Source of the DNA: Xylographa opegraphella
Lineage: Eukaryota
DNA: 53,154 nucleotides
Direction of reading: 5' to 3'
Assembly (NCBI GenBank): GCA_022813865.1
Contig: JALDZX010000090.1
Span: forward strand, 1 to 53,154
Shown one piece after another: positions 12,712 through 24,300 of this stretch; within the stretch, counting starts at the first letter, position 1, and each line of letters opens with the position of its first letter. The notes beneath the pieces are model-generated. The model had not been told where the DNA came from, did not search any database, and was given only the letters and a program-made list of their open reading frames with translations. Position numbers and translations under genes: made by a program.

Positions 12712-14628
12712 TCACAGCTTCGCTCCCTTCCCCTTCTTCCCACTCGCCTGCCACCCAAACTCCAGCTTCGCCCCCTTCCCCGCCTCCACCACGACGTTAA
12801 CCACGCACACCTTCTCGGACTCGTAGCCCTCCCTCGTCGCTCTCTCCAGCTCCTCCTCCGTCCTCACCAAGTAGCCCAGCCCCCCACACCCTTCCGCGAT
12901 CTTCTCGTACCCAACCTCCCACCCGAGACTCGTGCTCCTCAGCCCACCCTTCTCGTCACCGCCAGATGTCGTTTTGGCCTGCATCGCAAGCCACTCGTCC
13001 GCATTATCGCTGTCGCCGTGGTACACGCCGCCGTTGTTGATCACGAAGATCAACACGTCCATGCCGTAACGCGCCATGGTCTCGACCTCCATCGCGGAGA
13101 AGCCGAAGGCCGAGTCACCCTCCAGGCAGACGATCTTCTTGCGGCGCGCAGGGCCGGCGTGCCCTTCAGGCGACGGGCCATTATACGCCGCATGCGCAGC
13201 GATGGCGTAACCGAGGCCGACCCCCATGGTGGCGTGCGTACCGGCGTCGAGGCGCAGGCGCGGGTGCTCGACGTTGAAGATGGAACGCGAGATGTCCATC
13301 GTATTGGCACCCTCGGAGACGTAGACGACGCCACCGTCCTCGGGGGAGGAGCGGGAGTGGAGGGTCTGCTTGATGATGTGGAAGACGCGGGCGTAGGTCA
13401 TGGGCGTTTTTGAGACTTGCGCTTTGGACAAAGCAGAGAATTCGTTTTTCTCTGCAGATTCACGGATGCGGGACATGTATGGCGAGAAGGTGCAGTCGAA
13501 GTGCCAGCCACGCAGAGCGCGGGTGAGCTGGGGGACGATGACGGCGAGGTCGCCGACTAGACCTAAGGAGGCGGCTCGGGGACTGCGGGCGAGCTCATCG
13601 GCGGATATGTCGATTTGGATGAAGGTGGCGGCAGGGTTCCATTTGGGAGCATCGCCGAAGTGGAGAATCCAGTTGAGGCGGGCGCCGAGAATAAGGACTA
13701 CGTCGGCTTCTTTGAGGGCGGCGCTACGGGCGCTGGCGGTATTGAATGGATGGGTATCAGGCATGACACCTTTACCCATGGGGGTGGGGAGAAACGGGAG
13801 CTCGCATTTTGTGATTAATTCGCGGATGACGCCTTCGGCTTGAGAATATGCTGCACCTTTGCCGATGACGACGAGGGGGGCTTTGGCGGACTTCAGGAGT
13901 CGTATAATCTGAGAAAGCTTTACTTCGTCAGCGCCACCTCTTGGTGCGTTGGGTACCGGTCTTGCGGCCTGGATTTCTGCCACATCTTGCACAGTACCCT
14001 GGATGAGGTCTGCTGGTAGGTCGACGAAGCCGGTGCCTGGACGTCCATACCATGCGGTTCGGTAGGCACTTGCTATCACTCCAGGGATTTCTTCGGGAGA
14101 TGGTGGTCGAATGGCAAGTTTGGTGTGAGAGCTGAGGAGGGAGATAGCATCAAGCTCTTGGAATGCGCCGCGGGATACAAGGTGGGTTTCAGAGGATCCG
14201 GCAAGAAGGAGGAGTGGAAAGGCATTGGCGTGGGAATTGCCAATCTATCAAATCAGGGTATCAGCAATGTATCGGTGAAATGTACTGGATATCGAAGCAA
14301 AGCACGACGTCGGAATGTTCTTCGAGCGGGTCCCTCCAACCGAGGGTCTTGGTATAGGACAATGGACATGACATACGCCAGCCATTGCGTGGAGAACGCC
14401 CGGCCCTCCTACCACAAGGCATACTCCCGGCTTGCCGGTCAGGTACCCATACACACTCGCTGCATAGCTGGCGGCCTGCTCGTTCCTAAAGCCGATGAAT
14501 CGTATGCCGAGGTTGATGGCTTCCTCTGCGATCTCCACCACAGGTATCCCAACAATGCCGAACAGGACTCTGACACCGAGGTCTCGCAGGGCACATGCGA
14601 TGAGATAAGCTCCGGTCGGGGGCGCCAT
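12712..14628 (-). CDS. TPP-dependent 2-hydroxyacyl-CoA lyase / oxalyl-CoA decarboxylase family protein (HACL1/Pxp1-like) with PTS1, 2 exons
   Basis: Intron 14245-14376 (GTATGT..CTGAT..TAG on the minus strand). Motifs [32 protein letters not shown] and TPP motif [12 protein letters not shown]-terminal AKL is a peroxisomal targeting signal. Confidence 0.92.
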
Positions 14629-14867
14629 TAGGAACGAGTACTATCGCGACGGCATCTGAAGTGAGGTCTGCGCCGTGACGTCTGACAACGGTTGCACCTG
14701 CGGTATGAGAATTACTATGGCCGCTTCCCGGAACAACGGGCTACGGCGTTTGCTTTAGAGACGACTTTGATATCGCACACGCCAAGCACAAAAGTACTGA
14801 TCGTAAGATGATCGGCTTCACGTACGTAGGCAGCTACGATTTGGATGGTAACCTTCTCTCATCATGG

Positions 14868-14888
14868 GTTTGGTTTGGTTTGGTTTGG
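14868..14888 (+). repeat. (TTTGG)4 microsatellite
   Basis: Direct reading of tttggtttggtttggtttgg. Confidence 0.8.
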
Positions 14889-15016
14889 AAATACAATAGC
14901 AATCTCAATCACCCGCAATACCACCAGCAACTAAGTCCCCCTCAACCTAACACTCTCCAATTTCTCCGCGACTTGGTAGCCCTCCCCATTCTTCCTGCTC
15001 TCTCCGCCGCTCCAGC

Positions 15017-15388
15017 TAGACTACCTCCAATCGTGAGAATGCGGCCATCTGAGAGCGATACCTGCGCCTGGTAGCCGCAGGGTACGTTCACACTCCCTGT
15101 TGCTCCCTGGACAGCAGGACTCGGGTCGTAGATGCTCGTCTCGGCCGCATCGTTTCCGCCTCTGTGACGGCCGGGCTCCCATTTGCATGGCTGGTTTGAA
15201 ACGTTCTTTTGTGATACTAGCGCCGTTCCTGGGTCCAACGTAGCCGTGAGCATTACACCACCATTTCCTCCAGAAATGGTACTTGGCGCGTAGGATGACG
15301 GAGCAAGAACATTCTCGGAATCAAACAGCATTCCTGATGCTGGTGTGGCCAGTCGGAAGTCAATGATAGCAGCCCACTCTCCTAACCG
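15017..15388 (-). pseudogene. Galactose oxidase (AA5_2 copper-radical oxidase, kelch domain) gene fragment
   Basis: Translation RLGEWAAIIDFRL..VLAPSSY..GGNGGVMLTATLDP..GGNDAAETSIYD..GYQAQVSLSDGRILTIGGS follows the Fusarium galactose oxidase segments GRWGPTIDLP / WSSY / TGGNDAKKTSLYD / GYQSSATMSDGRVFTIGGS. The HDMFCPG block and both termini are missing. Confidence 0.8.
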
Positions 15389-16202
15389 ACCGGGATGCGG
15401 AGGAAAGCAAAGAGCGCACGTGTGGGGCAGACTCGGTCGTGGATATCAGGTGCATACTCCTCGACATTCTTCAGTCATCTCTGGAGGTTGAGTTCTGCCC
15501 TCGACATGAGTTGTCGGATGAGGACCTCTAGACTAAGGTAGGTCAAATACGGAGCACTCGTCTTTTAATTACGGTAATTTTCCGCTCCCTTTCCACGTCA
15601 ATCCGAGTGAGGTTGTTACACGCCAAGCACGTCGATCGGCAAATCGGCGATTCGATGTCGAAAACCGCCTCGCTTTCGTTTTCCCATCGTCGATCGTGGC
15701 GTTCAATAGCAACAGCAACAACAATAATAAGTGCGTCGCCTCCGAGGCATGTGTCTGGACTCCAGCGGCCATGCACCAGCACTTTACAGGTAAGGAAGGT
15801 ACGGAGTACCTCAGTGTAGCTTCCACCTAACTAGGTACCGAAGGTCAGGTAGGTACGTAGGTACGTAACTTGAGCTATCGACATCGACTACAGTGCGCGT
15901 GGCCGGCTGGGTCGGAGCTTCACAAACATGACAAATGGGCGTGTGGATTATTGATCAACGAATGAGGGGGGCAATTTCTTTGAACTTTCCGAAAATCTAC
16001 CTCGCCTTTAGCCTTTCAGCGCGAGCAAAACATCGGGGTCGGTTGAGAGTACAATCGTGGTACTGCGGGACAGACTTCCGCTAGATTGATGCCGCACCCG
16101 CTCTGTCGGCGGGGCTGACCGGATCACGTGCCAAAGTAGAATAGCAATTCCGTAAGATGGAGAGATGCTGCAGCGGGAAGCTGCGAGAAGCCGAATGTGC
16201 TG

Positions 16203-17663
16203 TTATGATCTGAAGAACGGCAGCTTGCTTTTCCGGAATGGCGCTTTGGACGCCCGGGGCGGAGGCGTGAGGAACCGCTCCGGATCATCTCTTTCCACAA
16301 GATTGCCGACGCTGGTGGGCCAAGTCGTGGGCGCCTCCTCGGGGATGTCCAAACGTACGTCGGGGCCGAGAGTCCGCTGTTGATTGCTCGAAAAGTAGTC
16401 CGAGATGGACGGACGGGCGATGTCAGGGGTCTTCCGAAGCGTTGCTTCCCTACTCAAGACCGAGCCAGGGCGTGATTTACCAGGTTGTGATTCAGGCATT
16501 TGTAGCTCCGGCGTGTCGCCTGCCTGGAATGCCGAGCCTTTCATCTTCCTTCTGGAACTCATCGGTGGATCAAGGATGTTAGGTCCGGTGGAATGGAGAA
16601 CGACCTTTTCTTGGCGTAAAGGAAGAGCAAGAACGGTTCTTTGAATCTGCGAGGGTCGCACTTTGGTACTCGGATCGATATCTAGAGGGAAGGGTGTGAT
16701 GAAAGAAGAGTTGAATTGTGGTGTTGAGGGAGAAGCCTCGCTGGGGGTGCTCGTCGGGGAAGCATTGAACCTTGGAGGCTCTGGAAGATCGATAGAGCCC
16801 GAAAAGCGGCTTCGGTGGAGATCTTCGCGTGACTCCATGGAAATCGGTATGTGCGGAACAAATGAGCTGATTCCTGAAAGTGGTGTTTCGGGTCGCGCGT
16901 TCATCGCCTTCCCAAATATGGTAGAAAAATCCCTCGCATCCGCACTGGACGGTGTCCAAGGAAGATCGTTCCGGGAACTCGCTGCACTGTCAGAAGACAG
17001 CGGTGGGGCGCTGAAGCTGAGTGTCGAGCCGGGTGCCGGTTGCCCACTTCCTGACGATTGTGAGGAGGATCTGCTCACACTCCTGCCCACTGAAAGAGTA
17101 TTGTTGCTGAGATGTTTCGGATGCGAATGAGCAGCCCGGCGCTTTGCTTTCTTTTCTTTCTCTCGCTGGACCACCAAATCCGGCAAACCGTTCCATCTCG
17201 AATTGACCTTGGGCACGGTTGGCGGAAGCTTAGCGCACGACACCATAGGCAGACCCACCGCAGATACTCTCCCGTGGCGTGTAGGCTGCTGCTTACGGAG
17301 ATTCTCTTGGTAGTCGAGCCACGCCTGTGTGGACGGTTCCTTCACGGTGAAGAAGCTGAACACCGAAGATCTTTTCTTCTTCGCTTGAGAGTCATCTTTT
17401 GGAAGGGATGGAGGCACAGAACCCGAAGCTTGGGAAGCTAGGCTTGTACCCCTCATCGAAACAGGTGGAAACTGAAGTGATCTAGGTGATTGATTGTCCT
17501 CCGATTGTGTTGAGTGCGAGGCGGCAACGTGGGCAGTAATCGTAGACATTCCCGATCCGGGGTGTCGGATAGCAGGTGAAGATGGACCAGATGCCGGGGC
17601 TTGACGAGACGGCTTTGGCACGTAAGGCTGAGCGCGTTCCTGCTGCATTGCGAAGAAGCTCAT
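16203..17663 (-). CDS. Hypothetical Ser/Pro-rich, largely disordered protein, single exon
   Basis: Uninterrupted ORF of about 486 codons from ATG 17663, with a short ordered-looking block FFTVKEPSTQAWLDYQ..KLPPTVPKVNSRWNGLP. Confidence 0.75.
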   Translation of the reverse strand: MSFFAMQQERAQPYVPKPSRQAPASGPSSPAIRHPGSGMSTITAHVAASHSTQSEDNQSPRSLQFPPVSMRGTSLASQASGSVPPSLPKDDSQAKKKRSSVFSFFTVKEPSTQAWLDYQENLRKQQPTRHGRVSAVGLPMVSCAKLPPTVPKVNSRWNGLPDLVVQREKEKKAKRRAAHSHPKHLSNNTLSVGRSVSRSSSQSSGSGQPAPGSTLSFSAPPLSSDSAASSRNDLPWTPSSADARDFSTIFGKAMNARPETPLSGISSFVPHIPISMESREDLHRSRFSGSIDLPEPPRFNASPTSTPSEASPSTPQFNSSFITPFPLDIDPSTKVRPSQIQRTVLALPLRQEKVVLHSTGPNILDPPMSSRRKMKGSAFQAGDTPELQMPESQPGKSRPGSVLSREATLRKTPDIARPSISDYFSSNQQRTLGPDVRLDIPEEAPTTWPTSVGNLVERDDPERFLTPPPRASKAPFRKSKLPFFRS

Positions 17664-18019
17664 CCAAACAAGTGGATCGGTGCTCACTCGAGCGGAATAC
17701 GTAGTCGGAGAGAAAGTGGGCTTTGTAGATTTCTCGCGGGCTGCTGTAGTTTAGAAGCGGAGATTCCGTGCTGGCACAGCGCAGGCCCCGGATTATGTCA
17801 CAAAGAGTCGATTGAGAGCCGTTGCATTTGTTAAGATATCACCTGTATGGGCAACGAAGTCACAGTGCTGTTTCCAAATTCACCAACGGAGCGCGAGGAC
17901 CGAGGAGACTCGAGAGGTGTTGACAGTGGCCGTGCTTAGGACCTAAGCCCAGCGTTGATATTGGACGATCGAAAAGCGCCGGCGAATGACAGTCATGATG
18001 GAGCAGCATACCTCGCAGC

Positions 18020-18985
18020 TAGGCTGGTAGGTAGTACCTACCTACCACCTTACCTTACATAGTACATACTCACTAAAATAAGGTAGCAAGCTCCCCCCAT
18101 AAGGTACCTTACCTAAGGTAGGTAGGTATGTACATTAACAAACATACTTTCGATAGCGCGCCATCAGTATTGTGGCTGCACTGGCTGCAGCCTGCAGGAG
18201 ATCCCCACCATTTCGGTAGTACCTTCCTTACCTTGGCCATACCTGTAATAAGGTAAGGTAACCTTACCTTGTTGATCTTCAAGAAAAGCCTACGGAGTTA
18301 GCGAGCCTTGGATAACTACCCAAGGTACACCGTAAATTGTATCAATTGGCCAGTCAACCATGTATCAAGTTGTGGCTTGCCGACCTTACTTCGTAGGATC
18401 TACTGCGTAGGAGATCGGCGATCCATCATGCTGACCCGCCTCGTCGGGTGTCGGGTCCATTCACATGCAGAACATGTCACCAGCACTGTGTGCGGCCATC
18501 CTCGTGCCATCTCCTTCACGAAACCGGCTTCTCGCATGGCTTTGGCCTGGAATCGAGGTGGGCGGCGCTCTACTACTAAAGTAGGTAAGGTACGTACGTA
18601 GGCCTGGCTTCTAGACCCAGATGTCCCCACATCTCCGAAAAGACTATTTGGATTAGCCGCTGCACGGTAACCTTATCTAAGGTACGGAGGTACTACGAAT
18701 ACTGTGGCACACAGTATTCAAGGAAATACCTTATAGTACTTGTTACCCAGTAGTACTAGCCCTAGTAGGCAAGATATCGCCCTCCTCTCGCGTGCTGCTG
18801 CCATCGCGCCAATTCATGCCGCTTCCCGCCCGTGCTTCGGAAATCCCCCATCCTTGGTGCTACAGGCTATGGAATGTTTAAGCGGGATGGGCAAATCATG
18901 GCGCGCGGTGAGGCAAGTGCCTGCTTACTAAGGTACGGAGAAAGGTAACTACCTCATCTACCTTAAGGTACCTTGGCCTTTGGGT
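18020..18985. promoter_or_regulatory. Divergent-promoter region packed with AGGTAAGG/CCTTACCT, GTAC and TACGGAG motifs
   Basis: Palindrome TAAGGTACCTTA at 18100-18111, 10-bp inverted repeat AAGGTAAGGT-A-ACCTTACCTT at 18250-18270, and many further copies between two divergent genes. Regulatory role is inferred. Confidence 0.45.
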
Positions 18986-19366
18986 AACCTGAAGTGCCTC
19001 GTACTCATACCTCAGCTCAGACACATCCCTGCCTACCGTGGGTTTGACTGGTCGAAGCTGGCACGCCCATCGATTGCTGCTTGCTTGCCTGCTCTATGCG
19101 GCTGTCCGTCATCTCTGTTTCAACCACCGTTCTCCACAGCGGTCACCCATGAACAATAGCTCTCCGACATGGCGGCGTAGCAATATGTCTCAGTCATTCT
19201 GACACTGGGATACAAACACATCTTACCGGACCCCGCGACCTACATTCATACGAAGTAGCAATCATTTCAACCTATTGAACACGCGTGCATTCGTTCTGCC
19301 TAGCCTGCTAGCCTAACGACTTCGTGCCTGCTTTTACTTGCTCTAGCAGCAACGCCTTCTCATATC

Positions 19367-20062
19367 ATGGAGTCGTCGTCATCAATACAGAGCAATGATG
19401 CTCGGGGCCCGGATTCTCCATCAGCGCCTCCATACTCACCAATTACACCTGTACTGCCGACCGCTATTCTGGCACCGGCGTCCATCCATCATGCAGAAGC
19501 CTCCCCGGATCCAACCACCGAACGTGCTGCTCCTGTCCCGATCTCGGAAAGTAATAATCCAGACGCTATTGCACTGAGGTCTGCAATTTCCGTTCTACAG
19601 ATCCAGAGGCAGCGGACTTTGCGGGATCTTCAAACATTGGAACGGCAGAAAACGATCGCTGTGGCAGATCCGGAACGATTTGCGTACGAGCTCAATTCTG
19701 GTAATGTGAAAAGTGCCCCAAGCCGTGGAATACTGGGGGGGGGAATTTCGGAGTCGGACGGTCTCGGAAATCAGACCGACGTCGGCAGAGATGATTCAGC
19801 TACAGACGAGAATACTAGCTTTGGAGTCATTCCAGTCCCACAGAACATTGTTCGTTGCCCTCCGGTCAACTGGGCGAAATATCTTGTTGTGGGAGAAGCC
19901 CTTGACAGTCTACACGAGATGCAGAGGTCACGTCCATCATCGGGAGAGCCGCAAAGACAGTTTGAGACTCTTAGAGAATCGGACCATGTGGTCACTGCGC
20001 CGTATCGACCTTGGTCAGACAAGATCGGGCCCGACCTTATCGGTACGAACAAGAAGTATTGA
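19367..20062 (+). CDS. Fungal hypothetical protein with coiled-coil segment
   Basis: 231-aa ORF with ordered blocks NPDAIALRSAISVLQIQRQRTLRDLQTLERQK and PQNIVRCPPVNWAKY; good ATG context. Confidence 0.8.
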   Translation: MESSSSIQSNDARGPDSPSAPPYSPITPVLPTAILAPASIHHAEASPDPTTERAAPVPISESNNPDAIALRSAISVLQIQRQRTLRDLQTLERQKTIAVADPERFAYELNSGNVKSAPSRGILGGGISESDGLGNQTDVGRDDSATDENTSFGVIPVPQNIVRCPPVNWAKYLVVGEALDSLHEMQRSRPSSGEPQRQFETLRESDHVVTAPYRPWSDKIGPDLIGTNKKY

Positions 20063-20128
20063 CAAGAAGGGACCATCAATGCGAGGTTGAGCCATGTTTT
20101 GCACGGAAAGGGCTACCCATCGCGATGG

Positions 20129-20213
20129 CACGGTACATAGCCTGACACGGTACATGGCCTAACACGGTACACAGCCTGACACGGCACATAGCCTGACATG
20201 GTACATAGCCTCA
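20129..20213 (+). repeat. 17-bp minisatellite, 5 copies (consensus CACGGTACATAGCCTGA)
   Basis: Units start at 20129, 20146, 20163, 20180 and 20197, each with 0-2 substitutions. Confidence 0.95.
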
Positions 20214-20676
20214 CAATCTATTTTGGTAATTGTGTTGCAATCCTCATGAGGTCTCAATGTAGGTTCATGATTTAGTAAGAGCAAAATGGGGCTATTATGG
20301 TACACACAGGCATTTTTGCTTTCCCACTTCACTACCTTGAAAGACCCGAGGAGTCCTGGGCCTGTATGTCATCGTCTTCAGGATAGCACCTTTCCCAGCG
20401 TAGCTCGTGCGCCATTTTACCGTTGAGACGAATTACAAAATACCTAGTCTTGAGGCTGATCGGGGAATCTTATCCGCCGATGTCCCCTCGGTTTTGTCCG
20501 TACGTCATCGGTTAATCGGATGGTTTCTACTTCGTACTCCATACACAAGTCCAAGTATAATACTTCGTAATACCTCCACAATTGTTAGCATTGATATCAT
20601 AGTCTCTCATTCACCGTTCCATTCATTGCAGCCTACGAGCTTCAACTGTACTACGCGTCCTGCGGCCGGATAAAAC

Positions 20677-21267
20677 ATGGATCCAAAAAAGCCTGCACAA
20701 CCCAGCATTGATACTTCATATGACACCGCTGGAAATCCCGCGGAGCAAACATCACATGAAGAGTCAATAGCAGCTGCAAAATCATCTACAAATACTGGCG
20801 CAACAACCGAAGATCGTGGTCCGGGCGATATACCCATTCCGTCAACCCACGACAGTGAAGCTACGCCAAGCTCGTTAGGCATTGGAGCGAGGGATGCAAG
20901 TGGCGATAAAGGCGAAGAGGTAGGGTATCCTTAAATCCAGCGCGTGTTGTGCCACTCCTCGAATGGGCAACGATGTGTCACGAGAGTCATATGTTTCGAA
21001 CGGTACTGACAATAGACACAGATCGGCCCTGCTGCTTCGAATCTCGACGGAGAACAGATGCGTGCAACTGGGGAAGGAGATGTCTATAAACAACAGTTCA
21101 GCAAGTCAGGCTTCGGAGAGCAGGATGACCTGGCTGGAGATCTGGATAGGAAAAAGGCAGAACAAGCAAGCGCACGAGCGGAGGTCAAATCGCAAAGGAA
21201 AGACGATGTTGACGTTGGCGGGGCGCTGGGAAATCGAGTAGGCCCCAGCGTTGTGGAGGGAAGATAA
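20677..21267 (+). CDS. Small hydrophilic (hydrophilin/stress-protein-like) hypothetical protein, 2 exons
   Basis: Intron 20920-21021 (GTAGGG..CTGAC..CAG) joins ORF 20677 to ORF 21058 in frame, giving about 162 aa rich in G/D/E/S/T/A. Confidence 0.75.
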
Positions 21268-21399
21268 AATCGTCAAGCGGGAGAGAGACGGGGCTCCTCT
21301 TCTTGAGGAAGTGGCTGTAATTGGTGGCTGCACGGTCTTGATCTATAGAAACCACAGGTTTAGATCTTATGTTGATAATGTATTGAAGCGGTTAGATAT

Positions 21400-24300
21400 T
21401 CCGTGGACTCGGTGATTTTTGTGTAATTCATGCATGCTATGTTTCTCAGACACCATTAATCTAGCTTTCAGTATAGTGTTCGTGTCTTGATAGTGACTGC
21501 GACCGGTCTTAGGATTTTCTTTCACGATTTGATGCTCAAGTCGAGAAGGCACGATTCCAGTTCAGAAGTTGGTTGACTAACCCCTTCGAAAGTGTTCTAT
21601 TAGACTGTTCTTGCAGAACAGCAAGAACGTAACATCTCGAAAGAGACTTGTCTCATATAAGCTCTCAAGCAGGATTGACCGCCCATAAAGGAGAACTTTA
21701 TGATCGGGGCTGGTGTGATAATCTCACGTATACCAGAATGCCCAACTTTGAGATGAGGTCAGTGTCTGATTGCCTGTGTTCAATCGCACACGGCGGGTAT
21801 GATCATTGTTGTTATGATCATTGCTCGTGAGTTCTCGAGATTCTGTGATCTCCACAGTGGTATTTGACAATGGGGAAGCGGATGCGTGATGCGCAACCGT
21901 TATCCAAGGGACGAGAGGCAGCAAGGGTTAAGCGAGCCAGCTAGCAAGTCCCCAAGTATTTTCACAATACGCTGTCGACTCCTTTTCCAGGTGGTTGTAC
22001 TCTTGTACATATGGTGTTTCTGCTTGTTCCGCTCATCTCAGTCCGCTTTCGGCTGTCCGCCCATTGCATCCGACATCGTGTAGCCACTTATAGTGCCTAG
22101 GGCATTCTTCTCGGAGTATATTTTGTAGCACTTCCCATGTAAGTAGTTGTGCTTTCATATACTTCCCGAAGCGAGACCCAAGCTCTGTGGTGTTATTGGC
22201 TGCGGGATGTGGTCGAAGCAGCTTCAGAGAACCTGAGACCACCCAAGGACGATTACCTGGTCCAAAGAAACCTCCGATTCCCCGAGGCGGGTCCATATGA
22301 ATGCTTGGACAAGCAGAAGCGGAAGGGAACGCAAGAAAGAGATGGATTTCGGGAGGCAAAATAAGCGCAGTCACTATAAAGAAATTTGGACAAGCAATTG
22401 GATCTTCAGGCTTCCTCCTCTCGTAGGCAGCCGCCGCTTGCGCACGTACCAGCGGTGATGAGATCGGTATTATCTCAATGAAGCTACGATCACAGAGAAA
22501 TTCTGGTCGATTTAGTGACGAGGAGGATTAAAGCCTCAAAAGTCCCTGATGACACGGAAGGACTCCGCTGGAGGACATTATCATCCGATAGTGCAGAGAA
22601 GTTATTGCAGGTCACATCCGGGAATCCTTTGCTACTATAACGTGGTGTATACTCCAAAGTAGACTGTGACCTTGGGATTGAATCACGGACCGTACTGGCG
22701 CCAGCACTTTTATTCACCAATTGCAACCTGCAGGTACTGGAAACGACTCATCCTGATCGATAACCTCAGTTTGAAAAAGTGGAGAAGGTAGAAGCAAGAC
22801 ATTGCAGTATACACAACTGACCTGGAATAGTTTCTAGCATGTCTAAAAGCCTCCCACGGAATACATGTACGAGTAGTGGATGCAATTAATCGAGAAAGAA
22901 ATGCACGACTAAGGAAATTATGCCAAATTTGAGCTCAAGCAGCCACATCGAGGTAAATCGCCGAAAGAGGCTGTTTGATTCTCTCGATAGACCTGCAGGC
23001 AACTCTCCTTCATAGGACACGAACTCTGCCATTGAAGTTGCATCTTCAAGATCGTGCGTTGCGGTAACTGTTGAGTCTGGCGATAGCGTCGTGAGAACCT
23101 CCGATTATCCTACTATTCTGGGTCGAGCTTTAGTGTTGGTTCGTTTGGACTGTGCTTTGACTGTTTAAGGTGATCTACTGACGAAGTTGGCTTGGGAGCA
23201 GTACCCGGATTCAGAAAGTCATACCCTATATGAATATTGTTTATTTGTTGCAAAGTATACATTGTACGACACTCGGCGATCGGTTCTTACCTCCGCATAC
23301 TATTGTTGTAATCGATAGTCATTCACGGTTCCTGTACGGTATTGGATGTCCTCAGTGAGATATATCAGTCGTCATCATCACAGCTGAGAATTGTCCCAGG
23401 ACAGTCTGATCGTTCAAGAATAAGCACAGCTCTGCTTCATCTGTCCGGAAGGATGACTTGAGTAAGGAGATAATTCAACAGTTGTTGAAGTCCTCATTCA
23501 AAGTGATCGTGGTCGTGGTATAATCTCAAGTTAAACCTGAGATTTCTTGGCGCGATTCGTGGACTGTGTTGACGGGTTATATTGTTTGTCACTGTGGCTC
23601 GAGCATTTTCGCTTTGTCGAGTATACAGAGTCAAATTGTCGCCATTGACAACCGCAACTGAGGCTTTTTCTCTCCTGAGGCTCGTTCTGTTGTTGCCGTG
23701 TCTCCGCATTGGCCGTATGTGCTTGCGTCAGACAAATAATATAGATATCGTGATTTCGGCTTATCCCCAATAGCTACAAGGCTTTAGGCAACGCTCATTT
23801 CAGGCCGCACAGCCATCGAACCGGGGTGTTAAATTGAACGTGGGGATCGTTGTGTAGAGCCCGTGAAACATGTGGGTTCATATTTTTGCTATTTACATCT
23901 GCTATTCTAGCACAATCTCTCCTTCAAATTGAGGATAGGAATCGTGCTATCTTAGATTTGCTCTGGTTCACAAGCATCTACGGTCGTCAATATACCGATC
24001 CTGCATCAACCTGGGAATTTCTGCATAAGCCACTATTTTCAGTACCTTGCTATCTGTGTATTACTTCGACACTTCAGATTCCTTAACACAATTTCAAGTC
24101 GTCGGATATGTCTTTCCCAATTCATAATACACCATTCATTATGGATTTCATTACTGATCATATAGTATCAGACAACCGGCAAGTTCTTGGGCTACTTGCC
24201 AGTCATCCAAGCTTGGAAACACAAGCCAGTGCAGGAAGCGACGACGATATTGGTGACAATATCAAAGACCAAATCCACAGAGATTACACGAAAGCTCGCA

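Noticed and set aside
12691..13843. Long plus-strand ORFs antisense to HACL (likewise 5154-5888 antisense to the permease and 10498-11076 antisense to the amidoligase)
   Set aside because: Shadow ORFs produced by codon bias of the real gene on the other strand; no recognisable motifs.
20129..20213. CRISPR-like array
   Set aside because: The units are contiguous with no unique spacers, and the genome is eukaryotic.
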